DNA of 64,000 bases from Bdellovibrionales bacterium (GCA_965217115.1 OZ244239.1:1-64000), one strand, 5' to 3'; positions 1 to 10,737 are shown, numbered from the stretch's first letter. Made by a program: numbers and translations. Notes: a model not told the origin generated them from the sequence alone.

Positions 1-333
1 GATAAAAAAATGCAAAATGTGCGCACGTTTTTTTTCATCGTTTAATTCATGTGCTTTCGGAAACAGAGAACGGGTTTTTCTTTGCAAAAGAAGCTCTTTT
101 GGCCTCCCCGGATAGGGCGGTATCGAAATAGCCTCTCTACCGGGGGTGTCTGTGGTCTCTGTTATAGTAAAGAGCTTATCTTGGAGATTTGTTCCAAATA
201 AGAGTCTTTTAGCGATGTCTTGTATTTCCATAATGCCCCTATTTTAAATGAACTATGGCCGTTTGACATCAATAAGTTGCATTATGTTATGTTCTCGTAG
301 AGATTATTTGTAAAAACCCATGGGAGATTAAAT

Positions 334-1110
334 ATGAAAACATTTGTTATATCAGGTGCAGGTTCAGGAATTGGTCGAGCCATCGCTCAGTCACTATCCC
401 AGTTAGATGGGGGGAGTCGTTGTGTGCTCATCGGTCGTCGTGCAGAGATGTTGGAGGAGACAAAGAAATCTCTAACAGCTGCGGGGAATCATATTGTTCT
501 GCCAGTGGATGTGACCTCTAGAAAAAAGCTGTCCCAGGCTCTTCATGGGATTGAATTGCCCTCCTTAAATGTGAGTGGTGTTGTCGCCAATGCGGGAAAA
601 GGCGGGGATAATCATTACACCGCTGAGAATATCGCCGATGATCAGTGGCAAGAGATCATTGATGTTAATTTGACGGGGAGTTATAACTTAGTGAATGAAT
701 GTTTACCAGCTTTGCGCGAAAACAGGGATGGTTATAAAAATGTTCTTCTCATATCCTCTATCTTGTCCCGAATGGGAGTGCCCTTTCACTCGGCCTACTG
801 TGCCTCCAAGGCAGGGCTTCTAGGGTTAATGAGATCATGGTCATCACAATGGGCTAGAGAGAAGATACTGGTCAACGCTATTTGCCCCGGATGGGTTGAA
901 ACAGAGATGGCTCAACAGGGTTTGCAGCGACTGGCAAAACATGAAAAAAAGAATTTTGAAGAGGTGTATAAGAGGGAGATGTCCTTTGTGCCTACGGGTA
1001 AGATGAGTCAGCCAGAGGAATTGGGAAATTTAACGTCGTTTCTCTTCTCAGATCAACAAACATCTATTACTGGACAAGAGCTCCATGTTAATAATGGAGC
1101 TTGGGGTTAG
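334..1110 (+). CDS. Short-chain dehydrogenase/reductase (SDR family oxidoreductase)
   Basis: SGAGSGIG Rossmann motif, ANAG, catalytic YCASK (YxxxK), NAICPGWVET. Confidence 0.92.
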   Translation: MKTFVISGAGSGIGRAIAQSLSQLDGGSRCVLIGRRAEMLEETKKSLTAAGNHIVLPVDVTSRKKLSQALHGIELPSLNVSGVVANAGKGGDNHYTAENIADDQWQEIIDVNLTGSYNLVNECLPALRENRDGYKNVLLISSILSRMGVPFHSAYCASKAGLLGLMRSWSSQWAREKILVNAICPGWVETEMAQQGLQRLAKHEKKNFEEVYKREMSFVPTGKMSQPEELGNLTSFLFSDQQTSITGQELHVNNGAWG

Positions 1111-1592
1111 TGAATGAAGTTTTGACATTTCATTATAAACTCCATGATGATTATGGAAATCTCTTGGAGTCATCCTATGATTCAGAGCCAGTGACATTTG
1201 TGACTGGAGGTCAGCAAATTATAGAGGTCGTTGAGAAGAGAGTGCTGCCATTAAAGATTGGAGAGACTGTCAAATTTCGAGTGTCCTCTAAAGATATTTT
1301 CTTCTCCGGAAAGAAGGGAGAGACCAAAGAGGTGGAAAAAAATAAATTCTCTAAATTTCAACGCTTTGAAATTGGAGATGAAGTCTCTCTAAAAGATGGT
1401 GCTGGGCAAGTGACTCCCTACGTGATCACTGGAGTTGGAGAGGAAAAATTACGGTTAGTCTCCTGTGGTTTGATGTCCCGTGAGGATGTCACCTTCAGTG
1501 TGGAGTTACTAGGACGACGCAAGATCACTGAAGGTGAGGTTATTAAAGGCTCTCTAAAAAAGATGTACATCTATAGAGAAAATGATTCATAG
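1101..1592 (+). CDS. FKBP-type peptidyl-prolyl isomerase, SlyD-like (divergent)
   Basis: LTFHYKLHDDYGNLLESS..EPVTFVTGGQQII and the C-terminal VTFSVELL match the SlyD/FKBP pattern; start codon uncertain. Confidence 0.7.
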   Translation: MGLVNEVLTFHYKLHDDYGNLLESSYDSEPVTFVTGGQQIIEVVEKRVLPLKIGETVKFRVSSKDIFFSGKKGETKEVEKNKFSKFQRFEIGDEVSLKDGAGQVTPYVITGVGEEKLRLVSCGLMSREDVTFSVELLGRRKITEGEVIKGSLKKMYIYRENDS

Positions 1593-1814
1593 TTCTTGGC
1601 GTTATGATAATTTTGGTATTGCTTCAGGGAGTTCTCGCAATAGAAAAGCCATGCATAGATTGAGCAACAATTATTCTATCTGGGATAATAGCAGCACTGG
1701 AATTGACACTTTGTCTCTGAGAACAAAACAAAAAAATAGGAGCCATGAGAACTATGGTTTCGGTGGTTTGGTTTCGGTGGCTTCGGTTGCGTTTATCGGC
1801 CATAGTGTCTCAAA

Positions 1815-2942
1815 TCATCGTTTGTCGATGGGGCCAACCTTGCGCTCTCCATGTCCATGGTAAGCACTCAGAGGGCGAATGATTTTATTCTCCTCCAGCT
1901 GTTCCATAATATGTGCCGTCCAACCAGTGATTCGACTCATAACAAAAATAGGTGTGAACATATCAATCTCAAATCCCATTAAATAGTAAGCGGGGCCAGC
2001 AGGGAAATCTAAATTAGGATAAATATTCTTTTTATCAACCATGACATCCCTGAGTATTTTGGAGATGGGCATCCATTTCTTATCGCCTTTCTTGTCAGCC
2101 ATTTTTTCAGCGTACTTGGTCATTGTTGGAACCCGTGAATCTCCGTTGCGATAAACACGGTGACCAAAACCCATGACTTTCTTTTTCTGTGCAAGGGCAT
2201 CGAGCATCCACTGTTCAGCTTTTTCAGGAGATTTGACTTCTTTGAGCATATGCATAACTTGCTCATTGGCCCCACCGTGAAGTGGACCCTTGAGAGCCCC
2301 AATGCCTCCAACAACTGAACTGTGCATATCAGAGAGCGTGGAAGTAATAACACGGGCCGCGAAAGTAGAAGCATTGAAACTATGCTCAGCGTATAATGTG
2401 AGGGAGACATCAAAAGCTTTGATGGTCTCCTTGTCAGGGATTTCGCCGAAACACATATGAAAGAAATTTTCAGACATCGGGAGGTCATCTCTAGGAGGAA
2501 TAACATCTAATCCTTTACGACATCTGTATGTGGCGGCAATAGCAGTTGGAATCTTTGCGAGAAGATTCATGGCCTTATCCATGTTGCTCTCTCTATCTAT
2601 GGCAAACACGCGGGGATCTTCTGTGCCCATGAAACCAACCACTGTGCGTAGGGTGTCCATGGGGTGAGCGTCTGTATCAAACATTTTAATAAGTTTTAGA
2701 TTTTTCTCACTCAATGGGCGTAGACGACGTTCGGCTTGGCAAAATTCTTCCAGTTGTCCATGTTTAGGCAATTCCCCGTTCCACATAAGATAGGCGACCT
2801 CCTCGAAGAGGCAGTTTTCAGCCAAATCCTGAACTGGATACCCCCTATAAACAAGGGAGTTAATTTCAGGGATAACCTTAGCAATGGCCGTTGAATCGGC
2901 GTAAACTCCAGCGAGTCCTTTTATAATATTGGGGTCACCCAT
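1815..2942 (-). CDS. prpC: 2-methylcitrate synthase
   Basis: Citrate synthase motifs LYAEHSFNASTF, GPLHGGAN, GFGHRVY, PNLDF; in operon with prpB and prpD. Confidence 0.93.
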   Translation of the reverse strand: MGDPNIIKGLAGVYADSTAIAKVIPEINSLVYRGYPVQDLAENCLFEEVAYLMWNGELPKHGQLEEFCQAERRLRPLSEKNLKLIKMFDTDAHPMDTLRTVVGFMGTEDPRVFAIDRESNMDKAMNLLAKIPTAIAATYRCRKGLDVIPPRDDLPMSENFFHMCFGEIPDKETIKAFDVSLTLYAEHSFNASTFAARVITSTLSDMHSSVVGGIGALKGPLHGGANEQVMHMLKEVKSPEKAEQWMLDALAQKKKVMGFGHRVYRNGDSRVPTMTKYAEKMADKKGDKKWMPISKILRDVMVDKKNIYPNLDFPAGPAYYLMGFEIDMFTPIFVMSRITGWTAHIMEQLEENKIIRPLSAYHGHGERKVGPIDKR

Positions 2943-2957
2943 CTCTCTAGCTCCTTC

Positions 2958-3851
2958 TTATAGAGTAAAATTATACAGATTTTTATCAAATTGATTGTAA
3001 CGTTCATATCCAAGAAGATCATAGAGTTGTTGGCGGTGTTGCATCTGTTCGAGTAACTCTTCCTGCGTGCCTTTTTCTTGAATATGTTTAAGGCCTCTCT
3101 CTGTAGCTCCCATTGCTAGGCGTAGAGAAGTGACAGGGTAGATGACCATATTATAACCGAGGTTTTCTAACTGTTCAGTGGTCAGAAGCTCCGACTTTCC
3201 AAACTCTGTCATATTAGCTAGAAGAGGAACGGGGATAGCTTTACGGAAAGCTTCAAATTCTTTTTGGTTTTGCAAGGCCTCTGGAAAAATCATCTCAGCC
3301 CCTGCATCGAGATAGGCTTTGGCACGATCAATGGCTTTGTCTAGCCCTTCTATCGAACGGGCATCTGTGCGTGCGATGATTAGAAAATTTTTGTCGTGTC
3401 TAGCATCACTTGCAGCTCGAACCTTTCGAACCATTGCAGATGTTTCAACAAGCTGCTTTCCATCTAAGTGTCCACAACGTTTGGGGTTCATTTGATCTTC
3501 TAGATGACAACCAGAAAGTCCCAGCTCATCGAGTTCCTGTACAGTGCGAGCCACATTCATAGGTTCACCAAACCCCGTATCAATATCAATGATCGAAGGG
3601 AGGCTGGTGACACGGGAGATTTGTCGCCCCCGTTGAGTTATCTCACTTAAGGTTGTTAAACCAATATCGGGCAGGGCCAGATCAGCAGCTAAAACTGCTC
3701 CCGAAATGTAGACACCATCAAAGTTTAATTGTTCAATAAGTTTTGAAGTTAAAGGAGAAAAGGCTCCAGGAAATTTCAAGAGCCCCCTGGATTTTAATTT
3801 AGAGCGTAACTCTTTGCGTTTATTAGTTGGAGATGCTGTTTTAAAGAGCAT
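2958..3851 (-). CDS. prpB: Methylisocitrate lyase
   Basis: DIDTGFG, HLEDQ, PKRCGHL, ARTDA, LANMTEFGK motifs. Confidence 0.95.
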   Translation of the reverse strand: MLFKTASPTNKRKELRSKLKSRGLLKFPGAFSPLTSKLIEQLNFDGVYISGAVLAADLALPDIGLTTLSEITQRGRQISRVTSLPSIIDIDTGFGEPMNVARTVQELDELGLSGCHLEDQMNPKRCGHLDGKQLVETSAMVRKVRAASDARHDKNFLIIARTDARSIEGLDKAIDRAKAYLDAGAEMIFPEALQNQKEFEAFRKAIPVPLLANMTEFGKSELLTTEQLENLGYNMVIYPVTSLRLAMGATERGLKHIQEKGTQEELLEQMQHRQQLYDLLGYERYNQFDKNLYNFTL

Positions 3852-5362
3852 TAGAAAATCCCCCGTGTGTCTCGTTTATTCTGAATTATTTTATTTAATT
3901 CAACTTGCACATTGAGTTGCTTAACTTGAGAGGTTGTGAGGCGGGGAAGATCTTGCACAAGTTCAAGAAAGCGATCTCTCTCACTGGCAGTGATGATGTC
4001 ACCAGTGATAGTGTCAAATTTCTGAATATAATTTTCACGGACAAAAGGTCTCGCTCCAGCTGGATGGGCATCGGCTACAGACATGTTATCTTCAATAATA
4101 GTGGAACCATCGTCCATGGTGATAACAATACGAGCACCAAAAGCTTTCTTGTCGGGGTCAGGATTATGATATCTCTCCGTCCATTGTGGATCTTCGATTG
4201 TGCTGATTTTATGCCAAAGACGCACGGTCTCAGGTCGGTTAGCTCTCTCAGGAGTGTAACTATTCACATGGTGCCAAGACCCATCTTCTAAGGCCACGGC
4301 GAATATATACATGATACTATGATCTAAAGTTTCACGGGAGGCTTTTGGGTCCATTTTTTGGGGATCTCCAGCACCAGTGCCAATAACATAATGGGTGTGA
4401 TGACTTGTATGAATAAGAATGTTTTTGATCTTCTCAAAGTCACTGATTTTTTCTTTCATACGTCGAGCTAAATCTATTAGAGCCTGGGATTGATACTCGG
4501 CTGAATGTTCTTTTGTGTAAGTCTCTAGTATGGCTGTTTTAGCTTCACCTTTTTCAGGCAAAGGCACTTCGTAGTTTCCGCTTTTGCCATCAAGCATATA
4601 GGCGATGACGCTATCTTCGCCTTCATAGATAGGAGAGGGCGCCTTCTCTCCACGCATGATACGATCTACAGCTTCAATAGAGAGTTTGCCACTATGGGCG
4701 GGGGCATAGGCCTTCCATGAAGAGATTTCTCCTTTACGTGATTGGCGGGTGGAGAAAGACACATGGACGGCTTGCCCTATGGCTTGATAAATTTGATCTG
4801 TCTTTAAATTAAGCATCGTTCCAATTCCTGCAGCACTGGCAGGGCAGAGGTGGGCAATATGATCTTTCTTGTGCTTATGTAGGCAAATGCCTTTAACTAA
4901 ATTGACGTGTAATTCATAGGCCGTCACAATTCCCTTGAGCAAATCTTTGCCGGAGATATCTTTTTGTTGGGCCACGGCCAGAAGTGGAGGAATGTTATCC
5001 CCAGGGTGGGAGTAATCGGCGGCCAGAAAAGTGTCGTGATAGTCCAACTCCCTCACTGCGGTGCCATTAGCCCAAGCAGCCCATTCGGCTGAGAAAGTTT
5101 GATCGTTGGGCATGCCAAAAACTGTGGCGCCCCCTTTGCGGGGATGGGCGATGGCTTGACTGCGGGCATTGGCCACGGGTTGTCGATTGACGGAGGCGAT
5201 GGCGACAGAGGCATTATCGATAATGCGATTAATCACCATATCAGTGACAGCTGTCTCTATCTTGCTTTGATCCGTGGCGACCTCGGCCATTTTCCACGCA
5301 AATTGCCTCTCTTTAGGGAGGGATTCTTTGGAGGGATAGACCTTAACTTCGTGCTTTATCAT
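3851..5362 (-). CDS. prpD: 2-methylcitrate dehydratase (MmgE/PrpD family)
   Basis: [37 protein letters not shown]; stop overlaps the prpB start. Confidence 0.95.
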   Translation of the reverse strand: MIKHEVKVYPSKESLPKERQFAWKMAEVATDQSKIETAVTDMVINRIIDNASVAIASVNRQPVANARSQAIAHPRKGGATVFGMPNDQTFSAEWAAWANGTAVRELDYHDTFLAADYSHPGDNIPPLLAVAQQKDISGKDLLKGIVTAYELHVNLVKGICLHKHKKDHIAHLCPASAAGIGTMLNLKTDQIYQAIGQAVHVSFSTRQSRKGEISSWKAYAPAHSGKLSIEAVDRIMRGEKAPSPIYEGEDSVIAYMLDGKSGNYEVPLPEKGEAKTAILETYTKEHSAEYQSQALIDLARRMKEKISDFEKIKNILIHTSHHTHYVIGTGAGDPQKMDPKASRETLDHSIMYIFAVALEDGSWHHVNSYTPERANRPETVRLWHKISTIEDPQWTERYHNPDPDKKAFGARIVITMDDGSTIIEDNMSVADAHPAGARPFVRENYIQKFDTITGDIITASERDRFLELVQDLPRLTTSQVKQLNVQVELNKIIQNKRDTRGIF

Positions 5363-5501
5363 AAAACACCCTTTATTTTCCGTATGATTTTAGTTGAAGA
5401 GATAGTATTATGGGGGGTTTAATGAGTCAAAGATTTCAGGAATTAACCTGTGAAAAAGGAAGCTCCTTGTTATGGGTATGAATATGAGTTGGCTGTTAGA
5501 A

Positions 5502-6800
5502 ATGAGATTTTTAAAAGCCCTTCCTTTCCTGCTGAGTTCTGTCTTTCTTATTCATTGTGCGCGGAGTCCAATAAAAACCCCCAGTGAGGCATTGAGAGTC
5601 GATAGGACTCCAGGGAATGTTCAGGATTATTTGGGAAAATTATCATTTATGAAAGATCTGCAGAGTCATATCACGAATCTGAAAAAGATAAGATCAACCA
5701 AAAAAATGCAATTTGGACCCTACACGGTCCAAGCGGGAAAGTATTTATCAGAATTAAAAAAACTTCTCAAAGATTTGAAAGCCATCAAGAGTAACGGGAT
5801 TGAAAAAGGCTCCCATTGGGAGGATGCAGTTAAGAGTCGATTTCTTTTTATGGAGATCTATGGCGATGGGGAGTGGGGAGAAGCTTTTATTACTGGTTAT
5901 TACAACCCTGTTGTTCAAGGCTCTTTAAGGAGAACAAAAAGGTTTTCTCGGCCTCTTTATGGAGTTCCCAATGATTTGGTTTATGTGGATTTAAAAGCGT
6001 TTGGCAAGGAGCTTCTTAAATACCAGCCAACACTGGCAGTCGCTTCAGAGAAAAAAACACATCGTCCTCTGTTGAGAGGGAGACTCACAGAAAAAAATAA
6101 AGCGGGTGAAAGAAAAATCGTGCCTTATTATGACCGTGAAGAGATTGATGGGAAAGGACGCCTAGAGGGGAAGCGCTTAGAGTTAATTTGGTTAGACCCT
6201 ATTGAGGCATTTTTTCTTGAGATACAGGGCTCGGGAGTTGTCGATATCGGGGCTCATCGAAAGAAGGGCCGTTATAGAACATTCGGCTATGCTGCCCAGA
6301 ATGGATACCCCTATGTAGCTATAGGAAAATTTTTATTAGATAAAATTCCATTGAAAGAGATGAGCATGCAATCACTTAAGGATCATTTACGATCTTTAAG
6401 TGGTAAAGAGGCTCAAAAGATTTTGAACAAAAACCCGAGCCATGTGTTCTTTAATAAAGTAGAAGGTCTCCCCAAAACCTACATGGGGACCTCTGTTATA
6501 GTAGAGAGAACAATCGCGACAGACACGGAGTTTTTTCCAAAGGGAGCGCTGGGGTACCTGGCCTTTAAAAAACCTGTTTGGGATGGAGACGTCTTGTTAG
6601 AGGAGAAAGAGTGGCCTTTGGCCTCACGTTTTGTTTTTGATCAAGACACGGGCGGAGCTATCCGTGGTTCCCACCGTGTAGATTTGTATTGGGGCTTTGG
6701 CGCCAAAGCGGCGCGGACAGCAGGAGTGATGCGACATAAAGGGACATTACACTATTTATTCCCCAAAGACGCTTTGCCAGAAGAGGCCCTATCAAAATAA
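5502..6800 (+). CDS. mltA: Membrane-bound lytic murein transglycosylase A (lipoprotein)
   Basis: TGYYNP, FFLEIQGSG, DQDTGGAIRG..RVDLYWG (3D domain); lipobox LIHC after ATG 5502 (ORF open from 5472). Confidence 0.92.
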   Translation: MRFLKALPFLLSSVFLIHCARSPIKTPSEALRVDRTPGNVQDYLGKLSFMKDLQSHITNLKKIRSTKKMQFGPYTVQAGKYLSELKKLLKDLKAIKSNGIEKGSHWEDAVKSRFLFMEIYGDGEWGEAFITGYYNPVVQGSLRRTKRFSRPLYGVPNDLVYVDLKAFGKELLKYQPTLAVASEKKTHRPLLRGRLTEKNKAGERKIVPYYDREEIDGKGRLEGKRLELIWLDPIEAFFLEIQGSGVVDIGAHRKKGRYRTFGYAAQNGYPYVAIGKFLLDKIPLKEMSMQSLKDHLRSLSGKEAQKILNKNPSHVFFNKVEGLPKTYMGTSVIVERTIATDTEFFPKGALGYLAFKKPVWDGDVLLEEKEWPLASRFVFDQDTGGAIRGSHRVDLYWGFGAKAARTAGVMRHKGTLHYLFPKDALPEEALSK

Positions 6801-7882
6801 GTATGGTTATTTATATTTTCTAGAATTAATTCATAGTTCTTTAGACGGTTATGTTTTTCTTTAATATACTTAAGACCTTCATGACCCATTCTCATTCGCA
6901 AATCTGGGTCCATTATGAGTTTTCTCAGGGCATTTTTGTATTGTCTCTTGTCCATTAAGGGAGTTGCAAAGGCGCTTTTGTCTTTAGAGATAGAATCGGA
7001 AATACCTCTGTTGTTAAAGGTAACAACGGGGAGTTGTGATGCTTGGGCCTCGAGATAAACAATTCCAAATTCCTCGTTGAGACCTGGAAAGGCAAAGATA
7101 TCAGACTCGCCAAAAACAGTTCTCACTTCATGGGAGTTAAGAGTTCCTAAGATATGGAATTTATTCTGAAGCTGTTTTTCTGCAAGAGAGGTGATCTTTT
7201 TTAAGCCCTTACCACCTCCAGCGTGAATGTATGTAAAATTAATCCCTTCTTTTCTCAGATCAGAGAGACATTCGATCAGGAATTGAATACTTTCAATTTT
7301 TGTCTTTGGGCGAAGCATGGCGACGCTAGAGATAACGACTTCATTTTGGGGGATATGGAGTGTCTGTCTAAGTTTGTATCTCTGCGGATCTATTTTTTCA
7401 TAAAGTCCTAAATCAAGAGACGGGGGAATGTAGGTGATTTTTTCTTTAAGCAGTGATTTTAGGCGGTGCGGGTGACCTTCTATTTTATCTGTGAAAATAT
7501 GATCAGCACTTTTTAAGCTAAGCTGATTTAATATTTGGTAATGACCTTTAGAAGAGAGAGCATCGTAGATAAAGTAGGGCCTTTTTAGAATCTTAGCGAT
7601 AAGAGGGGATAGAGGATCAAGAGAGTTGTGGTGAAGGTGATATGTGAAGAATACATCTGGGTTGAAGTACAGGGCTCGTATGAGGGCTTGGGGAAATTCA
7701 GAACAGATGTGGGCTGTCTTGAACACTGATTGATAGAAGTCTTTAGTGCATAAATCACTGAGAATTTCAATTTGATGTCCTTTGCGCGCAAAGAAATCAT
7801 AGAGGCCACGGGCCATCTCCCTCTCTCCGGAAGGGTTTGTCTGGGAAAGGGGTGTCATGGGTGAATAAAAAAGAATTTTCAT
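6752..7882 (-). CDS. Glycosyltransferase family 4 protein
   Basis: DIFAFPGLNEEFGIVYLEAQASQLPVV (GT-B EX7E motif); overlaps the 3' end of mltA convergently. Confidence 0.85.
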   Translation of the reverse strand: MKILFYSPMTPLSQTNPSGEREMARGLYDFFARKGHQIEILSDLCTKDFYQSVFKTAHICSEFPQALIRALYFNPDVFFTYHLHHNSLDPLSPLIAKILKRPYFIYDALSSKGHYQILNQLSLKSADHIFTDKIEGHPHRLKSLLKEKITYIPPSLDLGLYEKIDPQRYKLRQTLHIPQNEVVISSVAMLRPKTKIESIQFLIECLSDLRKEGINFTYIHAGGGKGLKKITSLAEKQLQNKFHILGTLNSHEVRTVFGESDIFAFPGLNEEFGIVYLEAQASQLPVVTFNNRGISDSISKDKSAFATPLMDKRQYKNALRKLIMDPDLRMRMGHEGLKYIKEKHNRLKNYELILENINNHTYFDRASSGKASLGNK

Positions 7883-7899
7883 CTATTTCCGTTCCCACT

Positions 7900-8667
7900 T
7901 TAATAGGCTGGCCAGTTGGCTCCCTTAGAAGTAATCTGCAAAGTCCCATTCTCCTGGGATTCTACTCCGTTGACAACAGAGAGTGTAAATACTGGTCCTG
8001 TTTTTTGTAGGATGGGTGATTGATAGGCTTCCATTTGAATGTTATTGCTGTTTGAGAGCTTCAGATTTTCTGTGTAGATTGAAAGTGATCCAGGGTAAGC
8101 TCTGGGCATTGTTGCACTTGTGAAGGCGACATCTTTTAGAATAATAGTTTTTGCAGATAAAGTCGTGTATTGTCCCAAAATGATATTCAGAGAACAGATG
8201 ATGATGTTTTTAGCTTGGAAGGAGTTCGAGGAACTTAAAACTCCTGTAGAGAGATGGGTCTCATTTGTGATAGTTATTGAAAAAGAGTTTTCTAAGTTTT
8301 GAAGTTCTTGGCTACTGCAACCAAAGACAAGGGTGCGGCTATTTTTTGAGAATTGAGAAGACTTGAGTAGAGGAGAAGTGGAGATGAGAGGACTCTTGTT
8401 TTTGAGAGGGAGTTCTTCACCAGCCTTAGTAGTGCCAGCTGAGAGCTGATATGAGATAATATTTGCTTGAAGCTTGTTTTTTACATCACTTCCATAAAAT
8501 TGAAGCTTGCCAGGCTGCACTCCTAAATGAGTGTTTTGTGTCGTGCCAGCAGAGGAACCAGTTGACTTAATAGGACTCAAACCCACGTTTGTCACAGGTC
8601 TTTGGCAACCCAAACCAAAAAAGAGGAGAATGATAAGTCGTTGTGATATTTGAATATTTAATTTCAT
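7900..8667 (-). CDS. Hypothetical lipoprotein, Ser/Thr-rich, probably beta-rich C-terminus
   Basis: Long ORF; MKLNIQ...LLFFGLGC lipobox from ATG 8667 (ORF open from 8712). Confidence 0.6.
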   Translation of the reverse strand: MKLNIQISQRLIILLFFGLGCQRPVTNVGLSPIKSTGSSAGTTQNTHLGVQPGKLQFYGSDVKNKLQANIISYQLSAGTTKAGEELPLKNKSPLISTSPLLKSSQFSKNSRTLVFGCSSQELQNLENSFSITITNETHLSTGVLSSSNSFQAKNIIICSLNIILGQYTTLSAKTIILKDVAFTSATMPRAYPGSLSIYTENLKLSNSNNIQMEAYQSPILQKTGPVFTLSVVNGVESQENGTLQITSKGANWPAY

Positions 8668-8680
8668 GTTATTAATGAAG

Positions 8681-8696
8681 AGCAATGTTGGGGCCA
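8681..8696 (-). promoter_or_regulatory. Putative sigma54 (-24/-12) promoter
   Basis: Minus strand TGGCCCCAACATTGCT matches TGGCAC-N5-TTGCW spacing; lies very close to the proposed start. Confidence 0.4.
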
Positions 8697-8856
8697 GAAA
8701 TCCATTGCTCAAGTGAGGGGAAATGAGAGGGGGGGAGATTTTGTAAGCATCTAATTTTACTTATAAAAATAGAGGGCTACAAAAACAGTGGAAGGCGAGT
8801 GAAACTCTGACCCCTGTCTATATTATGAGCTTACGGTGACATTCTACGTTGATCTC

Positions 8857-8911
8857 TAAAGGATTATTGTTTTTTAAAGGATTATTGTTTTAAAGGGTTA
8901 TTGTTTTAAAG
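8857..8911. repeat. Short tandem repeat, about 3x TAAAGGATTATTGTTT
   Basis: taaaggattattgttttt taaaggattattgttt taaagggttattgttt taaag; overlaps the murI stop codon. Confidence 0.85.
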
Positions 8912-9712
8912 ATCAACGGGAAGAATGTTTTCAGAAAATTCTTCTCCTAGAAGGTGTCTCGCTAAATGACAAAATTGAGGGCTTATATCCGTAAGATGGA
9001 TTTCCACACCCTGTGACCCCTGTTGATTGGGGTGTAGGGTTTGCCTGTCCATGTCTTTTTTGATCCAATGACAAATAGCTTGTCCAGAGTCAATCAGAGC
9101 GATTTTATGGGTGGTTACTTTTTTAATGGCTGTCTTTAGAAGACTGTAGTGTGTGCAGCCAAGGATAAGGGTGTCTATCCCCTGGGAAATGAGAGGTTCT
9201 AGATAGCGATAAACAATGAGGTTAGTGATGGGGTCCTCCCGCCAACCTTCTTCAGCTAAAGGAACCCATAGAGGGCAGGCCACAGAAAAAACTTTAGCTG
9301 CGGGTGTGAGCATGGTGATGGCTTTTGTGTACGCCTGACTGTTGATTGTGGCGTTAGTTCCGACCACTCCGATATTCATATTTTCAGAGACATGCACGGC
9401 TTTTTCAGCCCCCGGAGTGATAACGTTGTAAATAGGAACACTCTTAAAGTGGGTTTTATTTCTGTAAATAGTGGATGCTGAGTTACAAGCAATAACAATG
9501 GCTTTGACATCCATTGTCTGTAGATGGGCCATTACTTGTTGAGAGTACTTTTGGATTGTTTCAGGTGATTTACTTCCGTAGGGGAGTCTAGCGGTGTCCC
9601 CTAGATAAATAAAAGATTCACGGGGAAAATGGTGCAATAATTCCTTGAGAACCGTTAACCCTCCTGCGCCAGAGTCAAAAACTCCTATAGGGCGAGAATC
9701 ATTTGGTGTCAT
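8906..9712 (-). CDS. murI: Glutamate racemase
   Basis: IGVFDSGAGGLTV, DTARLPYGSKS, IACNSAS, LILGCTHY. Confidence 0.97.
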   Translation of the reverse strand: MTPNDSRPIGVFDSGAGGLTVLKELLHHFPRESFIYLGDTARLPYGSKSPETIQKYSQQVMAHLQTMDVKAIVIACNSASTIYRNKTHFKSVPIYNVITPGAEKAVHVSENMNIGVVGTNATINSQAYTKAITMLTPAAKVFSVACPLWVPLAEEGWREDPITNLIVYRYLEPLISQGIDTLILGCTHYSLLKTAIKKVTTHKIALIDSGQAICHWIKKDMDRQTLHPNQQGSQGVEIHLTDISPQFCHLARHLLGEEFSENILPVDL

Positions 9713-10425
9713 CGGCTAAACCCCACCGAAGATGACTCCTGCCTGTTGGTGATAAGGAGAGAGAGATAGATATAAATAAAAACTTGAACGAGTGTGATGA
9801 GGGTTATTGTAAAGAAACTTGCAAAAGGGTTTTCTAGAAGGGAGACCTTTCCATTTTGGCTGAGGAGAGAAAAAAGAAATTCAAGAATATAGGGTGTCAT
9901 AATTAGGAGTGCTGTTTTCCACCAGAGATTTTTGAGGACCCCACGGGATTGCTGTAAAGCATCGACATCCCCTTTGGGATACCTCTGGTCAAATACGACG
10001 ACAAATGGCGTGAGTGCCCATTGAATGTATTTAATAAAGCCAGGGATAATGCCAAGAAGGGCCCAGGAGAGACTCTTTCCAAAAACTCGGATGGATTCAA
10101 TAAGAAGTGGAGAGAAGTTTTCAGTCCAAAATGAAATCATGGATTGATGGGTGGATTGGAGGTTTTTTTGAATGTAAAACAGAGTGATCATGAGAACAAA
10201 CAAAGGGCCGAGAATACCGATGGAAAGTAATGCTAGAGCCAATACGAGCAGAAGAATGGAGTTTTCCTTGCCAGTCGAAACCAAAGCAGTGAGAGCATTT
10301 TCTATGGAAGACAGGGCCAATGCACTCAGCAGGGCTGAGACGATAATAGGCATCCATCCTTGTTTGAGGACAGCTCTATATAATAGCAGTGCACTTGTCG
10401 GTCTATTCTTCAGTTGATCCTCCAA
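9709..10425 (-). CDS. Hypothetical multi-pass membrane protein
   Basis: Several hydrophobic segments, LLGIIPGFIKY motif; translationally coupled to murI; start uncertain. Confidence 0.7.
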   Translation of the reverse strand: MEDQLKNRPTSALLLYRAVLKQGWMPIIVSALLSALALSSIENALTALVSTGKENSILLLVLALALLSIGILGPLFVLMITLFYIQKNLQSTHQSMISFWTENFSPLLIESIRVFGKSLSWALLGIIPGFIKYIQWALTPFVVVFDQRYPKGDVDALQQSRGVLKNLWWKTALLIMTPYILEFLFSLLSQNGKVSLLENPFASFFTITLITLVQVFIYIYLSLLITNRQESSSVGFSR

Positions 10426-10737
10426 AGGCGGTTTATGCTAATAGATTATATATGATTTTCTTATGACTTTTGAAAGGTTAATGGAAATACTTCGTCGCTA
10501 GGACGTTTTGCGTTAAATGAGTAGATACGCTTGATTCCGAGGTCACTTCCCCTGAAACAGCTTCCTATAAAGGAAAGCCTTGATTTCTATGGGGGAGTTT
10601 AATTCTCATCGAGTGTTTAATCTCTGTAAAGAGGAAGTGGGAGATATTATTTATCCCATTCTTTTATTTTTTGTGATTCAATTATTTCAGCAAGGAGATT
10701 TATGGATAATCTCTTTAAAGGTCCACTGGAGGGTAGA

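Noticed and set aside
1582..1863. 93-aa ORF after the SlyD-like gene
   Set aside because: It overlaps the prpC end, runs through a low-complexity GGTTTCGGT repeat and has no motifs.
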